From Octopus sinensis (lineage: Eukaryota): 64,000 bases of DNA. The notes under the pieces are model-generated. The model saw nothing but the letters and a program-made list of their open reading frames with translations, was not told the origin of the DNA and did no database searches. Every line of letters starts with the position of its first letter. The first letter of the stretch is position 1. Position numbers and translations under genes: made by a program. Positions 1 to 13,661 of the stretch are shown here, one piece after another. The stretch is taken from the NCBI RefSeq assembly GCF_006345805.1, contig NC_043003.1, positions 83,762,001-83,826,000 on the forward strand, in the 5' to 3' direction.

Positions 1-669
1 ACAACAAGAACATAACCAACACTCACAAAAGCAACCAGTGTGCTTGGTGTCTGGAATTTCACCAAGTGCACACAATTCTTTACCAGTCAGAAAATGAGGT
101 TGGTAGAAATTCCACACAGGTATTCAATAAAGGATTAGTAGAGGACAAAAGCAATAACATTCCTGGGGAAATTCTGGGCATTGATGAAAATCAACTGACT
201 GATCTGTTCTGGGGGTTTTCAATACAGGACCTATAGACAATTTCCAGAAATTCCTTGTCAGAGGATGTTACTTGTTTGATAAACTCTGAGATGTCATTGG
301 TTGGCCCAGTCCGATATACACACACAATAGTGGAACCATTCTGCAGGCACTCATTCAATGCCTGAGCATTGCTGTAAAGTTACATCAAACAATTGCTGTT
401 ATGTGCAAGGTGGATACAGCTATCAGCTGATTTCATTGTGAAGATCACATCACCACATTCCTTTGGCCATGATGGGCAAGTAATTTTTGTCCGTGTGGTG
501 GCTTCAGCAAAAGAGGCATGTTCTAAGCATGCATATATTTAATTGCAAAAATGCAGCTTTTAGAGAGACATGCTTTACTCATCAAAGTGTGCTTTTGTGG
601 GATTTCCATGGATAGTTCTTGTAGGTCTCCCCACTTTTGGGGAATTTTCCTAGTTTAAAATTTTATTGT

Positions 670-1283
670 TACTTGAGAAGACCCGGCAAGCCAAGTAAGA
701 CCATAACTGTGTCCTATGCCAGTGCAGCATAACCGGCTCATTTTAGAGTACCCTTCAATCATTGGGCAACAAACTTCACTTGTAAAGACCTGTTGAGTCA
801 AGTGAAGTCATTGTCATGGCCAATGACAGTACCGCCTGACTGGCACCCATGCCGGTGGCATGTAAAAAGTACCATTTGAGAGTGGTCGATGCCAGTGCTG
901 CCTGACAGGTTCTGTGCCAGTGGCACATAAAAAGCACCATTCGAGCATGATCATTGCCAGTGCCGCCTGACTGGTTCCCATGCCGGTGGCATGTAGAAAG
1001 CACCATTTGAGCATGGTCAATGGCAGTGCCACCTGACCATGTAAAATGCACCATCCTAGCGTAGTTGATGCCAGTACTGCCTGACTGGCCCTCATGCCAG
1101 TGGCATGTAAAAAGCACCCACTACACTCTCGGAGTGGTTGGCATTAGGAAGGGCATCAAGCGGTAGAAACTTTGCCAGATTAGATTGGAGCCTAGTGCAA
1201 CCTTCTGGCTTGCCAGCTTCAGTCAAACTGTCTAACCCATGCTAGCATGGAAAGCGGACGTTAAACAACGATGATGATGATGA
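670..1283 (+). mobile_element. RTE-tail-type SINE/LINE 3' end with internal ~65-bp tandem units and (GAT)n tail
   Basis: About 4-5 copies of ctgactggcacccatgccggtggcatgtaaaaagcaccatttgag..., ending catggaaagcggacgttaaacaacgatgatg. The same tail family recurs at 3225-3460, 3583-3750, 25587-25730, 26850-26945, 45310-45640, 48513-48660 and 63820-64000. Confidence 0.75.
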
Positions 1284-1289
1284 TTTCAA

Positions 1290-1925
1290 AAATTTTACAG
1301 ATTATTCATGCAATTCCAAGTAACACTGTCTATCTTCACATTCACTCTTACCATTTCAATCCTGTTTGAGAGCTTAGTATTTATTGTATGCAAGGCTCAA
1401 ACAATGATAGGTGTAACACTTCCCTTCTTCAATGGACACAGTCCTTTTATTTTTTCGTCTCAAATCATATTTTCTATTTCCTGAAGTTTTTCATCATCAG
1501 GACTATATCAATGATGAATGATTAAGCAGGTTTTCCACTCTCTCTCTCTTCCCAGCCTTTACATATGGATTTCAATATTCAATGTCGTGATCACAATGGA
1601 GAATTGTATTATCCATACTTGCCACACAGCTCCCAATGAGTCATTCTTGCAGCATTATTATGTCTTCTGTTATATTTTTTTTCAAACCTGCTTTCTGTAT
1701 CCATCCACTGTGCACAATAGAGTCTCACCTTTATTACTCCATAACCTGCACATCACTTTCAGTTGTACTGTTTGTCCTGCATTTAGTGTAACCAGTCCTA
1801 AGTGCTTGCTTATGTACAGCACAGATGAGTGCTTCTGTCTCTGGGTTCAAGTCACTCTTCCTTTGCCAGTGCCACCTTCCATCACCATCTGCATTCCTGC
1901 TTGCAAACTGCCCACCCATCATTTT
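1290..1925 (-). mobile_element. Decayed R4/Dong-like non-LTR retrotransposon C-terminal (zinc knuckle / restriction-like endonuclease) fragment
   Basis: Translations WQRKSDLNPETEALICAVHKQALRTGYTKCR and YNRRHNNAARMTHWELCGK, with stops and frameshifts. Confidence 0.7.
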
Positions 1926-2996
1926 TTACCATTCCATTTTCTTTCATCTTTCTTACTCTTCTTTTCTCTGTACTCCTCTGTCTCCACACAAGTATCTGTC
2001 CTGACTAAGCCAGATATTATTATTAGTAGAAGAAAAGAAGGTAGTGAGTTAGCAGAAATGTTAGCACATCGGGCAAAATGCTTAGCAGTATTTCATCCAC
2101 CTTTATGTTCTGAGTTCAAATTCTACTGATGTCAACTTTGCCTTTCATCCTTTCAGGATTCATGAAATAAGTACCAGTTGAGAACTGAGGCTGATGTAAT
2201 TAGCTTAACACCTCCCCAAAATTGCTGGTCTTGTACCAAAATTTCAAATCATTGTTAGTAGTAGAAAGGCAGACTCATTAGCACTGTGTATATATTCTGA
2301 GTTCAAATGCTACCAAGGTCAACTATGCTTTCATCTTTTCAGGGTCAATGAAATAAGTACTGCTTGAGCACTGGGGATAATGTAATCAACTAGTCACCTT
2401 CCCCGAAATTCCAGGCCCTGTGCCTATAATAGAAAGCAATATTATTAGTAGTAAGATGGTAAGCTGGCAAAATCATTAGCATGCTGAACAAAATGCTTAG
2501 TGGCATTTCTTCTGTCTTTACATTCTGAGTTCAAATTGTACTGTTGTCGACTTTGTCTTTCATCCTTTCAGATTTTATGAAATAAGTACATGATTAAGCT
2601 GTGCGGTCCATGTTATCAACTAGGCCCCTCATCCAAAATTTCAGGCCTTGTGCCCATAGCAAAAAGGGTTACCATTATGCTGACATACAGTTATGACATC
2701 ATGAAATGTATTTCACAACACTGTTTCAGTTACCAGTATGTGAGAGAAACAAGGTTGTTGTATGCCATGTGTAGGTTCACACATTTCTAATGTAATTTCC
2801 ATTTTAACAGAATTGATTTCTTTTGTCTAATCCATATATATATATTGTTGAATGAAATTGGGACATCTGCCTAAATGGCAGAATGTGTGTGTGTGTGTGT
2901 GATAATAAGACGTTTGCTTCCCAACCAAATCTAAATCTATATATGTGTGTGTGTCTGTGTGTGTGTATACATATATATATATATATATATATATGC

Positions 2997-3035
<39 letters not shown>

Positions 3036-3170
3036 CATATGTATGTATGTTAACCTTCTATATATATAGAAGGTTAACAAGAAACACATGAGTTGATATA
3101 TATATGGAAAAAAATTCAAGATAGAAAATACTAAAATAATTTTAGCCTTTTCTATCTTGACTTTTTTTCC

Positions 3171-3226
<56 letters not shown>

Positions 3227-3491
3227 CATCATCATCATTTAACATCCGTTTTCCATGCTGGCATGGGTTGGATGATTTGATGCACCAGGCTCCAATCTTG
3301 ATCTGGCAGAGTTTCTACAGCTGGATGCCCTTCCTAACACCAACCACTCTGAGAGTGAAGTGGGTGCTTTTACATGCCACCAGTACGAGGGCCAGTCAGG
3401 TGGTACTGGCAACGGCCATGAAAAAATTGTTTTTCTTTTTTACGTGTCATCTGCACACCGGCACAAGTGCCAGTGTATATACATACATACC

Positions 3492-3541
<50 letters not shown>

Positions 3542-3764
3542 GATACATATACATACATATGTATATATGTATGGGTACAAATCATCATCATCATCATCAT
3601 CATCGTTTAACGTCCGTTTTCCATGCTAGCATGGGTTGGACGGTTCAACTGGGGTCTGGGGAGCCAGTAGGCTGCGCCAGGCCCAATCTGATCTGGCAGT
3701 GTTTCTACAGCTGGATGCCCTTCCTAACGCCAAACACTCCATGAGTGTAGGATATATATATATA

Positions 3765-4612
3765 TCTTCTACCTATGTGGAAAATTCTGTCTGTGGGTGT
3801 GTTTGTGGAGTTGTTAGCTAACTCCTCCTACATTGTTTTATCAATTTTGATGAAACTTGAAACGTGTCTGGAAACCTCATGGCGTACTCAGATTGTTGGA
3901 AAAGTCGATAATAGGGCTCCTGGAAAGGATCTTTATATATATATCTAATATATTTTATTTTAAAAACCAAGGGAAATAACCCATTCATTTTCCTAAATTA
4001 TTTGGTAAAAATGAAACTGAATATTCTTATTTCTTAGTATTTGAACTGTTAGAGGTATTTTCACAATTTATCCAGTACAACTCTTAAACAAGTAAATAGT
4101 ATTTTCCTAAACAATAGATCCACTTATTTTTCGTTAGTGACTTATTCACGAATATACCAACACTAGCACCCCTGAGGGTAATATTCTCTAGCAATGCACA
4201 AAAACCCTTTTCAGAGTTATTTACTTTGAATTGTTATTATCTTATATCTGATTAGCCTGTTATTACATAACATGCTTCATGATTTTAGTATATGTACCTT
4301 ATTAGTATTTCCTCCTAAATTCTATATACTCTGGGAATGCATTTAAGCCATTTTCAGGGCTACTTTATTTATCGGGTAACTAATTTCATGTTATTACATA
4401 ACTGACTTCGCAATTTGTGTATTCATAACTTATTGGGAATTCCTATAAACAAGATCCTGTGTAAGACAGTTCAGTATTCTCTGTAAATGCACAAACACCA
4501 TTTGAAGGGCTACATACTTTGTATTGTTGTTATTGGATTAACGAAACAATTATGAGAATGGAACCAAGGGATAATCCCCGCTTTCCTGGGAATTACTGGG
4601 TATGTCAGCCAG
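3765..4612 (+). mobile_element. Non-autonomous Helitron
   Basis: A|TC start; 3' hairpin cctgggaattactggg then ccag|T. Shares 5' and 3' sequence with the helicase-bearing copy at 39.7-40.8 kb. Confidence 0.6.
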
Positions 4613-4628
4613 TATATATATATATATA

Positions 4629-4683
<55 letters not shown>

Positions 4684-4893
4684 CAAATAATCAATTTAGG
4701 GTAGCAAAAAATTCAATAGAAATTATTTTGCTACCAGCGGTTCTAGTGAGAAAGAGGAAATAGTCAGAGACTATTAATAAATTCAACAACAATTGAGGAA
4801 CGGCTACAATAGGCCGTTCGACCCACTAGAAATAGCAGCCAGGGCTCCAACCGCAAATAGTAGTAATTCCAAAATCAAAGGAAAAATTTTTTA

Positions 4894-4963
<70 letters not shown>

Positions 4964-4999
4964 AGAAAGAGATGTATTATTATACATTATCAATTTATC

Positions 5000-6030
5000 T
5001 ATTTATCTAAATATAATTAAGATTCAGTTGAATTAGGTACTTAAATTAAGGCACCTTGATAGTTCAGTATAATCTGCACACCCCAACAATATCATTTGAA
5101 TATTGAATATCAAGACTTCATGTAGGGGTATTTGTACCCAATATTCCTGTCATGTGTGTAAACAATGCAACCCAACTAAGTGAAGATATCTGCTCTTGGT
5201 AATTCAGTCATGTACTTTTTAGGTGAAGAGAATAAGTAACTAAGATGTACAGGAGTCAATTCATCACAGCTGTTTCAAGTGGCTCCATTTAATTGATTAA
5301 TGAAAATGTTACATTAACTTGAAAGAAAGTTTAAGTCCATCAATTATGATGGACTTAAGCTTGGTAGATAGAACAGAACCTACGAAGCCAAATGGACCTA
5401 GGATTATCCCCAAAGACCACAAAAAGAACTTTCATGTCAACCCTTCTTTTAAACTTATTTACCTGACTAAATCTGATATCGGTCAGCTTAGCAAATCCAT
5501 TCTGGATTATGGTCTTACTCCTCATGATTCCTAAATCATCCCTTAGGTGTAATACTGACAAAGTAATACACTGATTCACATTTATTGAAAGCGTGAGGAA
5601 ATACTCATCTACACACAGTTATCATTCTAGCATCTCCCCTATTCTCTTAAATAAGTCCTTAATTTTTGCTAAAGGGATAAAATAGATATTATTCTCTTAA
5701 CAAGGAAAACTATTATAGAATTTGAAGGTAGGCTATGGACAATCTGTGACACTCCTGATAATTACAGGGGTTGAAGAGTTTGTAATACTTATGGCTTCTG
5801 GGGAAATGTTTCTTTATTAACGACAGGAAGCCCCTGGCTACACTGGTAGAAACTTTTTGGTTAAATAGGGGGTTATACCGGATTATTTTTCTTTTCCTAA
5901 TTCTCTTGGGGTGAGGAGAGAGGGTTTGGGGTTCATCCACATATGTGAGCTTCTCAGAAAATCTGCTCCTAGCCAAAGCATTGTTGTAGTGGGGGATGGC
6001 CCTATTAAAGATCTCTGTGTTGGCTGAGAG
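5000..6030. mobile_element. Rearranged Penelope-like element remnants: pLTR-like part (-), RT N-terminal piece (+, about 5355-5510), RT thumb/linker piece (-, about 5760-6030)
   Basis: PKDHKKNFHVNPSFKLIYLTKSDIGQLSKSILD and IFNRAIPHYNNAL...RKRKIIRYNPLF...FLSLIKKHFPRSHKYYKLFN are typical PLE ORF motifs; GAAAcagctgt half-hammerhead on the minus strand near 5270. Confidence 0.75.
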
Positions 6031-7392
6031 TTTAGGCACCCATTTTGCTAATAAGTACAAGGTTTTAAAAAAATAAGTCCTGGGGTCAATTTGTTTGACT
6101 AAAGCTCTTCAAGTTGGTGCCCCAGCATGGCTGCAGTCAAATGACTGAAATAAGTAAAAGATACATCATTGACTTTGAAGTTATTGTGGAACAAAAAAAT
6201 AGGCTTTTCTGCAATAGCTAAAAGGCCCAAAATTTTGAAGGAGTGGGGCTAATTGATTACATTACCCTCGGTGCTCAGCTGGTGATTTATTTTATTGATC
6301 TTGTAAAGATGAAAGGCATAATCAAAACCTCAGCAGAATTTGAATTCAGAATATAAAGACAGATAAAATGCCACAAAACATTTTGTCCAATATGCTTATA
6401 GTTCTGCCAGCTCACCATTTTAATTTCTTTAATATTCAGATTACTCAGTCAAATGTAATGCTTTTTTTATTTATGTTGCTTTGAGTTAATCATGCATTAT
6501 CTTGTAGCTTTGAGAATGGGATTGTTTATTTTTAGAATGACAGTGCAAGAGGCTGGATTTGGCTAGTTTGAACATAAGACAGATAAAATATTTGAGGTTG
6601 ATACGGTCCTTTTAAATGTTAAACAATTAAAACAAATAATAAATCCTTTTGGCATTCATTGCACAGATTTACATAATAATGGTCATAGTTACTTTCTACA
6701 GCTTGATATGGCATTTTTATTGCAGAGTACATCCCACTCACTGACAGCTTTTCACTGCATCTGTTTGAAAGTTAGTTAAACATAAGGACATAAAAATCTA
6801 GACATCATAGAAATGTAGACATCATTAGTCAACCTCAGGTTCTTTTCTTTTGACAGTTTACAATCTAGAATATATTACGCACCATTATAACTTTTCTACC
6901 TGTTTTACTTTCAAAATAAAAAAAAAAAGTGTACTCTTGATCTATAAAAACATTGATATTTGTAAGTTTGTCTCGAAACAATGTTGCTGTTTCTCAAAAA
7001 GATGCAGATGTAACCCAGAATAATGCATGAACCAAAACCTCTTGGGCTCAATGTTCCCTGGAAGTCAAACAGGGTTGAGTCAAGATAAAAGATATAGAAA
7101 GACTGACATGTATAATGGAGAGGTAGTTGAGTAAGAGGTACAAAAACAAATGCAGATTGTCACATCAAATTGTTTTTCTTTCTCCTTCAGTCTTTTTTCA
7201 ACATTTCTCTCTCTGTCTCTCTCTCTCTTTCTCTTGTATCTATATCTATTGCTCTCTCTTAATTTCTATCTCTTTCTCTCTATTTCTCTACCTCTTTCTA
7301 TTTATCTCTTTTTCTGTGGTGTGTGTGTGTATGTATATATATATATATATAGATCGCTCGCCACTACACATTCTTTATTTTCTCTCCTTGTT

Positions 7393-7430
7393 TCTTTCTG
7401 TGGAAGAGCGTAGGCTCGAAACATTAAAGA
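7393..7430 (+). ncRNA. Hammerhead-like motif with variant core (CUGUGGA) in a PLE-type repeat
   Basis: tcttt CTGTGGA a gagc-gtag-gctc GAAA ca T T aaaga; stem I tcttt/aaaga, stem II gagc/gctc. Confidence 0.4.
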
Positions 7431-7514
7431 CTTTTTCACTTCCAGAGTGTTATACTAATACATCTGTTCGTTGTCTACACCACCTGCCTTTGTCTTTTTT
7501 TTTGTGAATTCTCC

Positions 7515-7588
<74 letters not shown>

Positions 7589-7629
7589 ATATATATATAT
7601 ATATGTGTATATATATATATATGTATATA

Positions 7630-7681
<52 letters not shown>

Positions 7682-7693
7682 TGTATATATATG

Positions 7694-7724
<31 letters not shown>

Positions 7725-7767
7725 TATATATATGTGTGTGTGTGTGTATGTATATATATATATATAT

Positions 7768-10481
7768 CAGTGTTTCCCAAACTTTTCACACCAAATTGCA
7801 ATATCGCCAACCCATTGGCCAAAAAATGCTCCATCACCTACCTGTATAAAAATTCCCAGGCACAACCTCCCCAAGACAAAATCCCCCAGGAACCTCACTT
7901 CTTTGTATCATTTGACACACACACTATATCGTAGACTCATTGCCCTGTTAGTACTGTTTGGACTAAATATGCGGTTGTTTACAAATCCCTTATTGTGGGT
8001 TTATTTTTGCCATTAGAGTGAATAGAATTCTAATGTTAACTCTATATTGTGCAGACAGATTAAATTCTGGAAACTTGTGCTTTCTTTTACACTGATTTTC
8101 ATTTTCCCCAAATGAACCATTGATCAAAACTACTGATGCAAAAATAATTAATGATTGTATTAATAAAGAAAAGAATAAAACTCTTCAATGAGAACCGTTT
8201 GTCTGGTGCGATGCAGTTAGTGCGGATACATTCGGTTTCAAACATGTCAACTTTAGCCACAAGTTTCCTCACTGTGTCACATACAGTCCAATTCTTTTAT
8301 GAGAAAATAAAGTTCCAGCATGGTTAAAACCAGATTCAACCAGGTATGAGGTAAGAACAGTAAGCAAAAGTAATTTCAAATGTTTCCACAGATTGGGGTA
8401 GGAATTCAATATGGTACCACAAACCTTCTTTGCCATTACAGCAATATCGCATTGTGGCGTCATTGTCATTTTGTAATTCTATCAATTCCTCCTGAACATC
8501 ATCCTCACATACTGCATCGACCTCAAATGGATTGCTATACCAATTTGGAATATTCACCGCAATAACATCTTCAAATTGCCCCACCATGTTATCGTGCAAT
8601 GATTGTAAATAGTTGTGATATGTAGCGAAATCCTCATCAACCAATTCATCTTACCAAGAATCAAGTTGTGGAAATTGACGGAATTGACATTTTGAAATGT
8701 TAGTCTCATACAACACCAATTTCGAAATGAAAGTAATGATAAATGATTTACTATCAACAAAAGTTTTTCTGTTTCTTTGCAATAACTTATTCAAATCATT
8801 TAATTTTGTGAATATATCACAAACAAAATAGATATCACACCTTGCAGCTATCAATGAAGCAGATAGAGGAGGATCTTCAAAGAAAGATGTGATTATATGA
8901 AACAGTTCAACAAAGCATAAAACACAGTTTCCTTTTGACAGCCACCGAAAGTTTTATATGGTCCTCATCATCTCTCAGATAGAGTTGATGGAAAATTCAA
9001 CCAGACAAGGGACTGGACTTCAATTTGTTCACAGTCTTGATAACTAACTGTAGTGCATCATTCAATCTATCGTTCATATTTTTTTCCACTAAATGCTGCT
9101 GGTGTGCCAATCAAGGAACAGTTAGTATCTGGTGGGAAATTTCACACTTTAGGAGAGCTGAAAACCCTTTGTATCTTCTATCACCGAAAGAGCTCCATTA
9201 GACGCACAGGTAAGAATATTACTGAGTGGGATGTTATGTTCAAAAAGGAAAGACTTGAGATTGTGAAAAATAAGTTGCACCGTTTGAATCAAGTGGCAAT
9301 TTTTCTGTGAACAGCATTTCCTCACAAGGTTGAAGGTCTTCGCTGAAATACCAAACATATGCCATCATCAAAGATTGATTGTCCACAAAAGTTGACATAT
9401 CCACTTGTATTAGAAAATTCAGAACGCTGGAGAATATTAATGAGCTGATGTTTGACATCATTGGCCATCTATGCGTCAAGAAGTTGTGAGATCTTCATAA
9501 TGCTATCGGGTTTTTTGTGCATAATGGTAGGCAAAGCCTCTTTGATAACTGGGTGAAGTAATGCTTCTCCAATTGTGTGAGACTTCTCAGACTTAGTAAC
9601 AAGAAATGCAATTAACTTGCCATTCTCCTGTTTACTAGTTTTCCTGGAGTAGCAAGTTGAATGTTTGTACTTGCTTTTTGAAAGAGGAGTTCAGTTGCAA
9701 AAAGTATGATAACGGCTTGTCCTTCTTGTCAGAATACTTTTCATCAAAGTGATACTTCAAGTGTGAAGGTTTCATTACTTCGTTGGTCAATGTTTGATGG
9801 CAAAGAAGGCACTTGGTAACTGACAGTTCTGAGGAGAGAGAATAAATTCAAACAATAAATAATCACTACTGTATTGTCGAGAAAATTTTTTGACCAGAGG
9901 CATCAGTAAAGTGAAAATGTGAAAACGAATTTCAACAGGCAACATCAGAAAGGCAGTATGGTATTCTCAAAGAGAAGAAGTCAATAGAGCAAAGTCAGAA
10001 GACACAGTCAATAGAGCAAAGTCAGAAGACACAGTCAATAGAGCAAAGTCAGAAGACATAGTCAATAGAGCAAAGTCAGATGACACGTCTTTACTGGAAC
10101 AAATAGGGATCCAGTTCGTTTGGGTGCCAGCATTTCAAAAATTAAAGTTTATCAAAAATTTTAAAGTTTGGCACATTAGTGTACCTTTCCAAGTTAAATT
10201 GCTGGAGTTTTCAACTTTTTCCAGAAAAATGTTTTTAAAAGTTTTTTGAGGTTTAAAGTTTGATAATTTTTCTTGACCAGTCAAGAAACACGATTTCAAA
10301 TCTGTCATTTTGTGCATGACTGCACATTTTGTCAACATTCTAAAAATAGCATTTGTGTTTTGACATGAGCCCATAGAATTACACACAACATCTAACTGCT
10401 CATAACTTTTTTATTTTTGGAGTTTTCTTGTAAGTTGAAATTGCCCACCAGTGGACGAGATTGCCCACTTTGGGAAGCTAT

Positions 10482-10482
<1 letters not shown>
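7768..10482 (-). mobile_element. Full-length decayed hAT (Charlie/Buster, ZBED8/SCAND3-like) DNA transposon
   Basis: TIRs cagtgtttcccaaa / catagcttcccaaa (reverse complement). Fragmented transposase at about 8200-9900: MKPSHLKYH, IQVDMST...LMMAYVWY, RWLSKGN, IPNWYSNPF, QEELIELQND, TSYLVESGF. Confidence 0.88.
9979..10086 (+). repeat. 27-bp tandem repeat x4 inside the hAT element
   Basis: Unit agtcaatagagcaaagtcagaagacac at 9979, 10006, 10033 and 10060. Confidence 0.9.
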
Positions 10483-10526
<44 letters not shown>

Positions 10527-10533
10527 GCACACG

Positions 10534-10565
<32 letters not shown>

Positions 10566-10912
10566 CACATGCATGCAAGTATGTATGTAAAACACTATCA
10601 TATTTAAAATTCCATGTTTAAAAATCATATCTTCAAAAATGCACAGCATACCATACCCAAGACAGAGGAAATTTCATTAGATTGTTTCACATTTGACACT
10701 TTAGCATTTAATCTGGCCATATCCAGCCCAAATATTCTATCTGTTTTATGTTAAAACTGACCACATCCAACCACTCATACCTACCCTACAATGTCATTCT
10801 AAAAATATACAAACACACCATTGAAATCTTGAAGCTACAAAATAATGTGTCATTAATTCAAAACAATGTGAATAAATATGCAATACTTTTGGCAGAGAAA
10901 TCTGAATATTAA

Positions 10913-11128
10913 CCCTTTCATTACCAACCCGACTGAAACCGGCTCTGGATCTGAATACAAATGTTTTGTTTTCATGAGATTTGAATTAAAATCTTCCAAC
11001 AAACCTTAGTCACAATTTATGTTCCTAACAGTAGCTAAATGATAACAAAGTTATTTTACTAATTTGTTATATTTAAAGTAATTGTAAGAAACACAGAGCT
11101 TCTCAACAGAAATACAGTAACGAAAGGG
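10913..11128. mobile_element. piggyBac-type MITE
   Basis: TTAA TSD on both sides; TIR ccctttcattac / gtaacgaaaggg; sister copy at 52587-52807. Confidence 0.8.
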
Positions 11129-11626
11129 TTAAAGTACCAATAGAAGTACCCCTCTACGTAATAAGTCTTCAGGCAGTTTTTTCTGTTCCTATTTTTGTTT
11201 TCAATGCAAGCTTGCTTACAGAATCTTGTCACTCCTGAAAAGAAGACTGTTTTTATGGCTGTTTGGTGGAAACTAAAATGCTAAAGAGTTAAATGTTTAA
11301 TTTCTAAACTATTGAGGATTTATGCTCTCTAATCAAGTAATACCTTTTTATCGTGTTTTAAAGTATTTCATGCTATATAATAATCAGCAGTTTGGTTAAA
11401 AGAGCATTTTCTATCTTCCTTGGTATTTGAAGCCACAACTCTCACTTAACCCTTTAGCATTCTGAATTTTTTGTCAAAAGTATTGATTATTTAATCAAGT
11501 TGTTTTAAATTAATCATGTATTACCTTGAAGTATTGAGACTTTTATGGTGTGTTTGAATATTTTTAGAATGACGTTGTAGAGTAGGTGTGAGAAGTTATA
11601 TCTGATCAGTTTTAACATAAGCATGA

Positions 11627-11890
11627 ATCATGGAACAAACTGCCGGCATCAGTTGTTAGTTGTCGGAGCACTGCATCCTTCAAAACTTCCATGCTTTCTG
11701 AGATTCGCCAACACTACACCTGATTTTCTCCCCTCCATACACACACAAGCATGTATCTGACTCATACATTATTCGCTTTCCAGACATTTGTACATTACTG
11801 CATATACTTTATACGCACTGTCTGAAAAGTTGTGGTGCACCTGTGCACTGTATACAATAATTTCATTATTATTATTATTATTATTATTAT
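11627..11890 (+). mobile_element. CR1-like LINE 3' end with (ATT)n tail, nested in a TTAA MITE
   Basis: WNKLPASVVSC...FKTSMLSEIRQHYT*; same family at 32600-32960, 42130-42370 and 55610-56140. Confidence 0.75.
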
Positions 11891-12768
11891 AAAATAACAT
11901 AAAATAGGCAAAATATTTGGGCTGGATATGGCCGGTTTAAATGCTGAAGGGTCAAGCAAATTCATTTAACAATTAGCTGATTGTTCAAGCTGTAATACTG
12001 AATAGTGGGGATTGAGCCTGAAATAATATAATTACAATGTGAATTTCATAACCACACAGCTTTGCTGCATCTAGTATATAAAGGGCAATTAATAATGACT
12101 TCAAAATTTAGATCTCTGACAGTAATCTGCTTAATCAGAGTTTTGTCACTATACAACTATCTGTATGATGAGTCAAAGCTGATTAATATGTAGTCTGTTG
12201 CTATTTGGCGCGAAGTTAATCCTGGTGTATTAAATGTATTTGCCTAAGGAACTGCGTAGTGTGAGTAAACCCAAAACCATGTGATTATAAAACTAACTTC
12301 CTAACCATACAGTGTATGCCTGTGCTCAGTATAAGTAATATTAGTGAGAGGAATTAGTATAAGTAATATTAGTGAAAGGAATTAGTGTAGCAAAAAATAA
12401 TAATAATAACTATGTTTTTGAAATTCAATTTTGCGTGACACATTTGGTGAACGGAGGACAAAGAACATACAGAACTGGTTTTGATATGAGCGAAAGTCAC
12501 AGAAACAGCCAATTGAAATATAACAAAATAAAAAGAGATATGGAATATCCTGTTAACATGTAAATATGTATTAATAATGAAGGACATGGAAAGTTCTGAA
12601 CACAAAAGCTAGTCGTGATTGATTGAACAAGGAAGATATGAGAACGGTTTACTATAGAAAGTTAAATATAGTCAAATGTGAGATGACTTCTTAATGACAA
12701 TAAGGGTCAGCCAAACATGTGTGGAGAAAATCCTATATGCCAATTTCCTGTGAAGTAAATAAATACCC

Positions 12769-13486
12769 AAACTTATTCAAAGGTATTGCATCAGCATGAC
12801 ACAAAATGTGTTCCCTAAAATAAACTAACAAACTTAAAGAGAAAAGATTTACATCATAATGAATATTGATAATAGCAGGATCCTATTTGATCTGTGATAA
12901 ATAGGCACAGGAAACTTATTCAAAGGTATTGCATCAGCATGACACAAAATGTGTTCCCTAAAATAAACTAACAAACTTAAAGAGAAAAGATTTATATCAT
13001 AATGAATATTGATAATAGCAGGATCCTATTTGATCTGTGATAAATAGGCACAGGAAACTTATTCAAAGGTATTGCATCAGCATGACACAAAATGTGTTCC
13101 CTAAAATAAACTAACAAACTTAAAGAGAAAAGATTTACATCATAATGAATATTGATAATAGCAGGATCCTATTTGATCTGTGATAAATAGGCACAGGAAA
13201 CTTATTCAAAGGTATTGCATCAGCATGACACAAAATGTGTTCCCTAAAATAAACTAACAAACTTAAAGAGAAAAGATTTACATCATAATGAATATTGATA
13301 ATAGCAGGATCCTATTTGATCTGTGATAAATAGGCACAGGAAACTTATTCAAAGGTATTGCATCAGCATGACACAAAATGTGTTCCCTAAAATAAACTAA
13401 CAAACTTAAAGAGAAAAGATTTACATCATAATGAATATTGATAATAGCAGGATCCTATTTGATCTGTGATAAATAGGCACAGGAAA
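12769..13486 (+). repeat. 143-bp tandem repeat, 5 near-identical copies
   Basis: Unit starts acttattcaaagg at 12771, 12914, 13057, 13200 and 13343. Confidence 0.97.
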
Positions 13487-13661
13487 GTTGGTGCCCCAGC
13501 ATGGCTACAGTCCAGTGTCTGAGACAAGTAAAAGAATATAGAAATATCATGAATATTCCGGAAGTCAATCCAGACTAAGAATGCATGAAAAATATTTAAG
13601 TGTCACATATTGGGTGCCGTATGCAAAAAATTCCTAATCAAAAAAAATTTCCCTCAGAGTT

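Noticed and set aside
1518-2129. 203-aa plus-strand ORF
   Set aside because: Antisense of a decayed LINE running into a SINE; no recognisable protein.
2804-7934. Many YI/CV/HT-rich ORFs here and throughout the window
   Set aside because: Translations of (AT)n, (GT)n and (CAT)n microsatellites and SINEs.
8200-9900. Domesticated ZBED8/SCAND3-like gene
   Set aside because: Multiple stops and frameshifts and retained TIRs indicate a dead hAT transposon.
11220-11234. 15-nt microexon-like segment (ctttttcag|GAGTGACAAGATTCT|gtaagc, minus strand)
   Set aside because: It gives an immediate stop if joined to the candidate ATG exon, and has no other support.
12769-13486. CRISPR-like array
   Set aside because: Pure head-to-tail repeats with no unique spacers, no cas genes, and eukaryotic context; the same applies to the 75-bp array.
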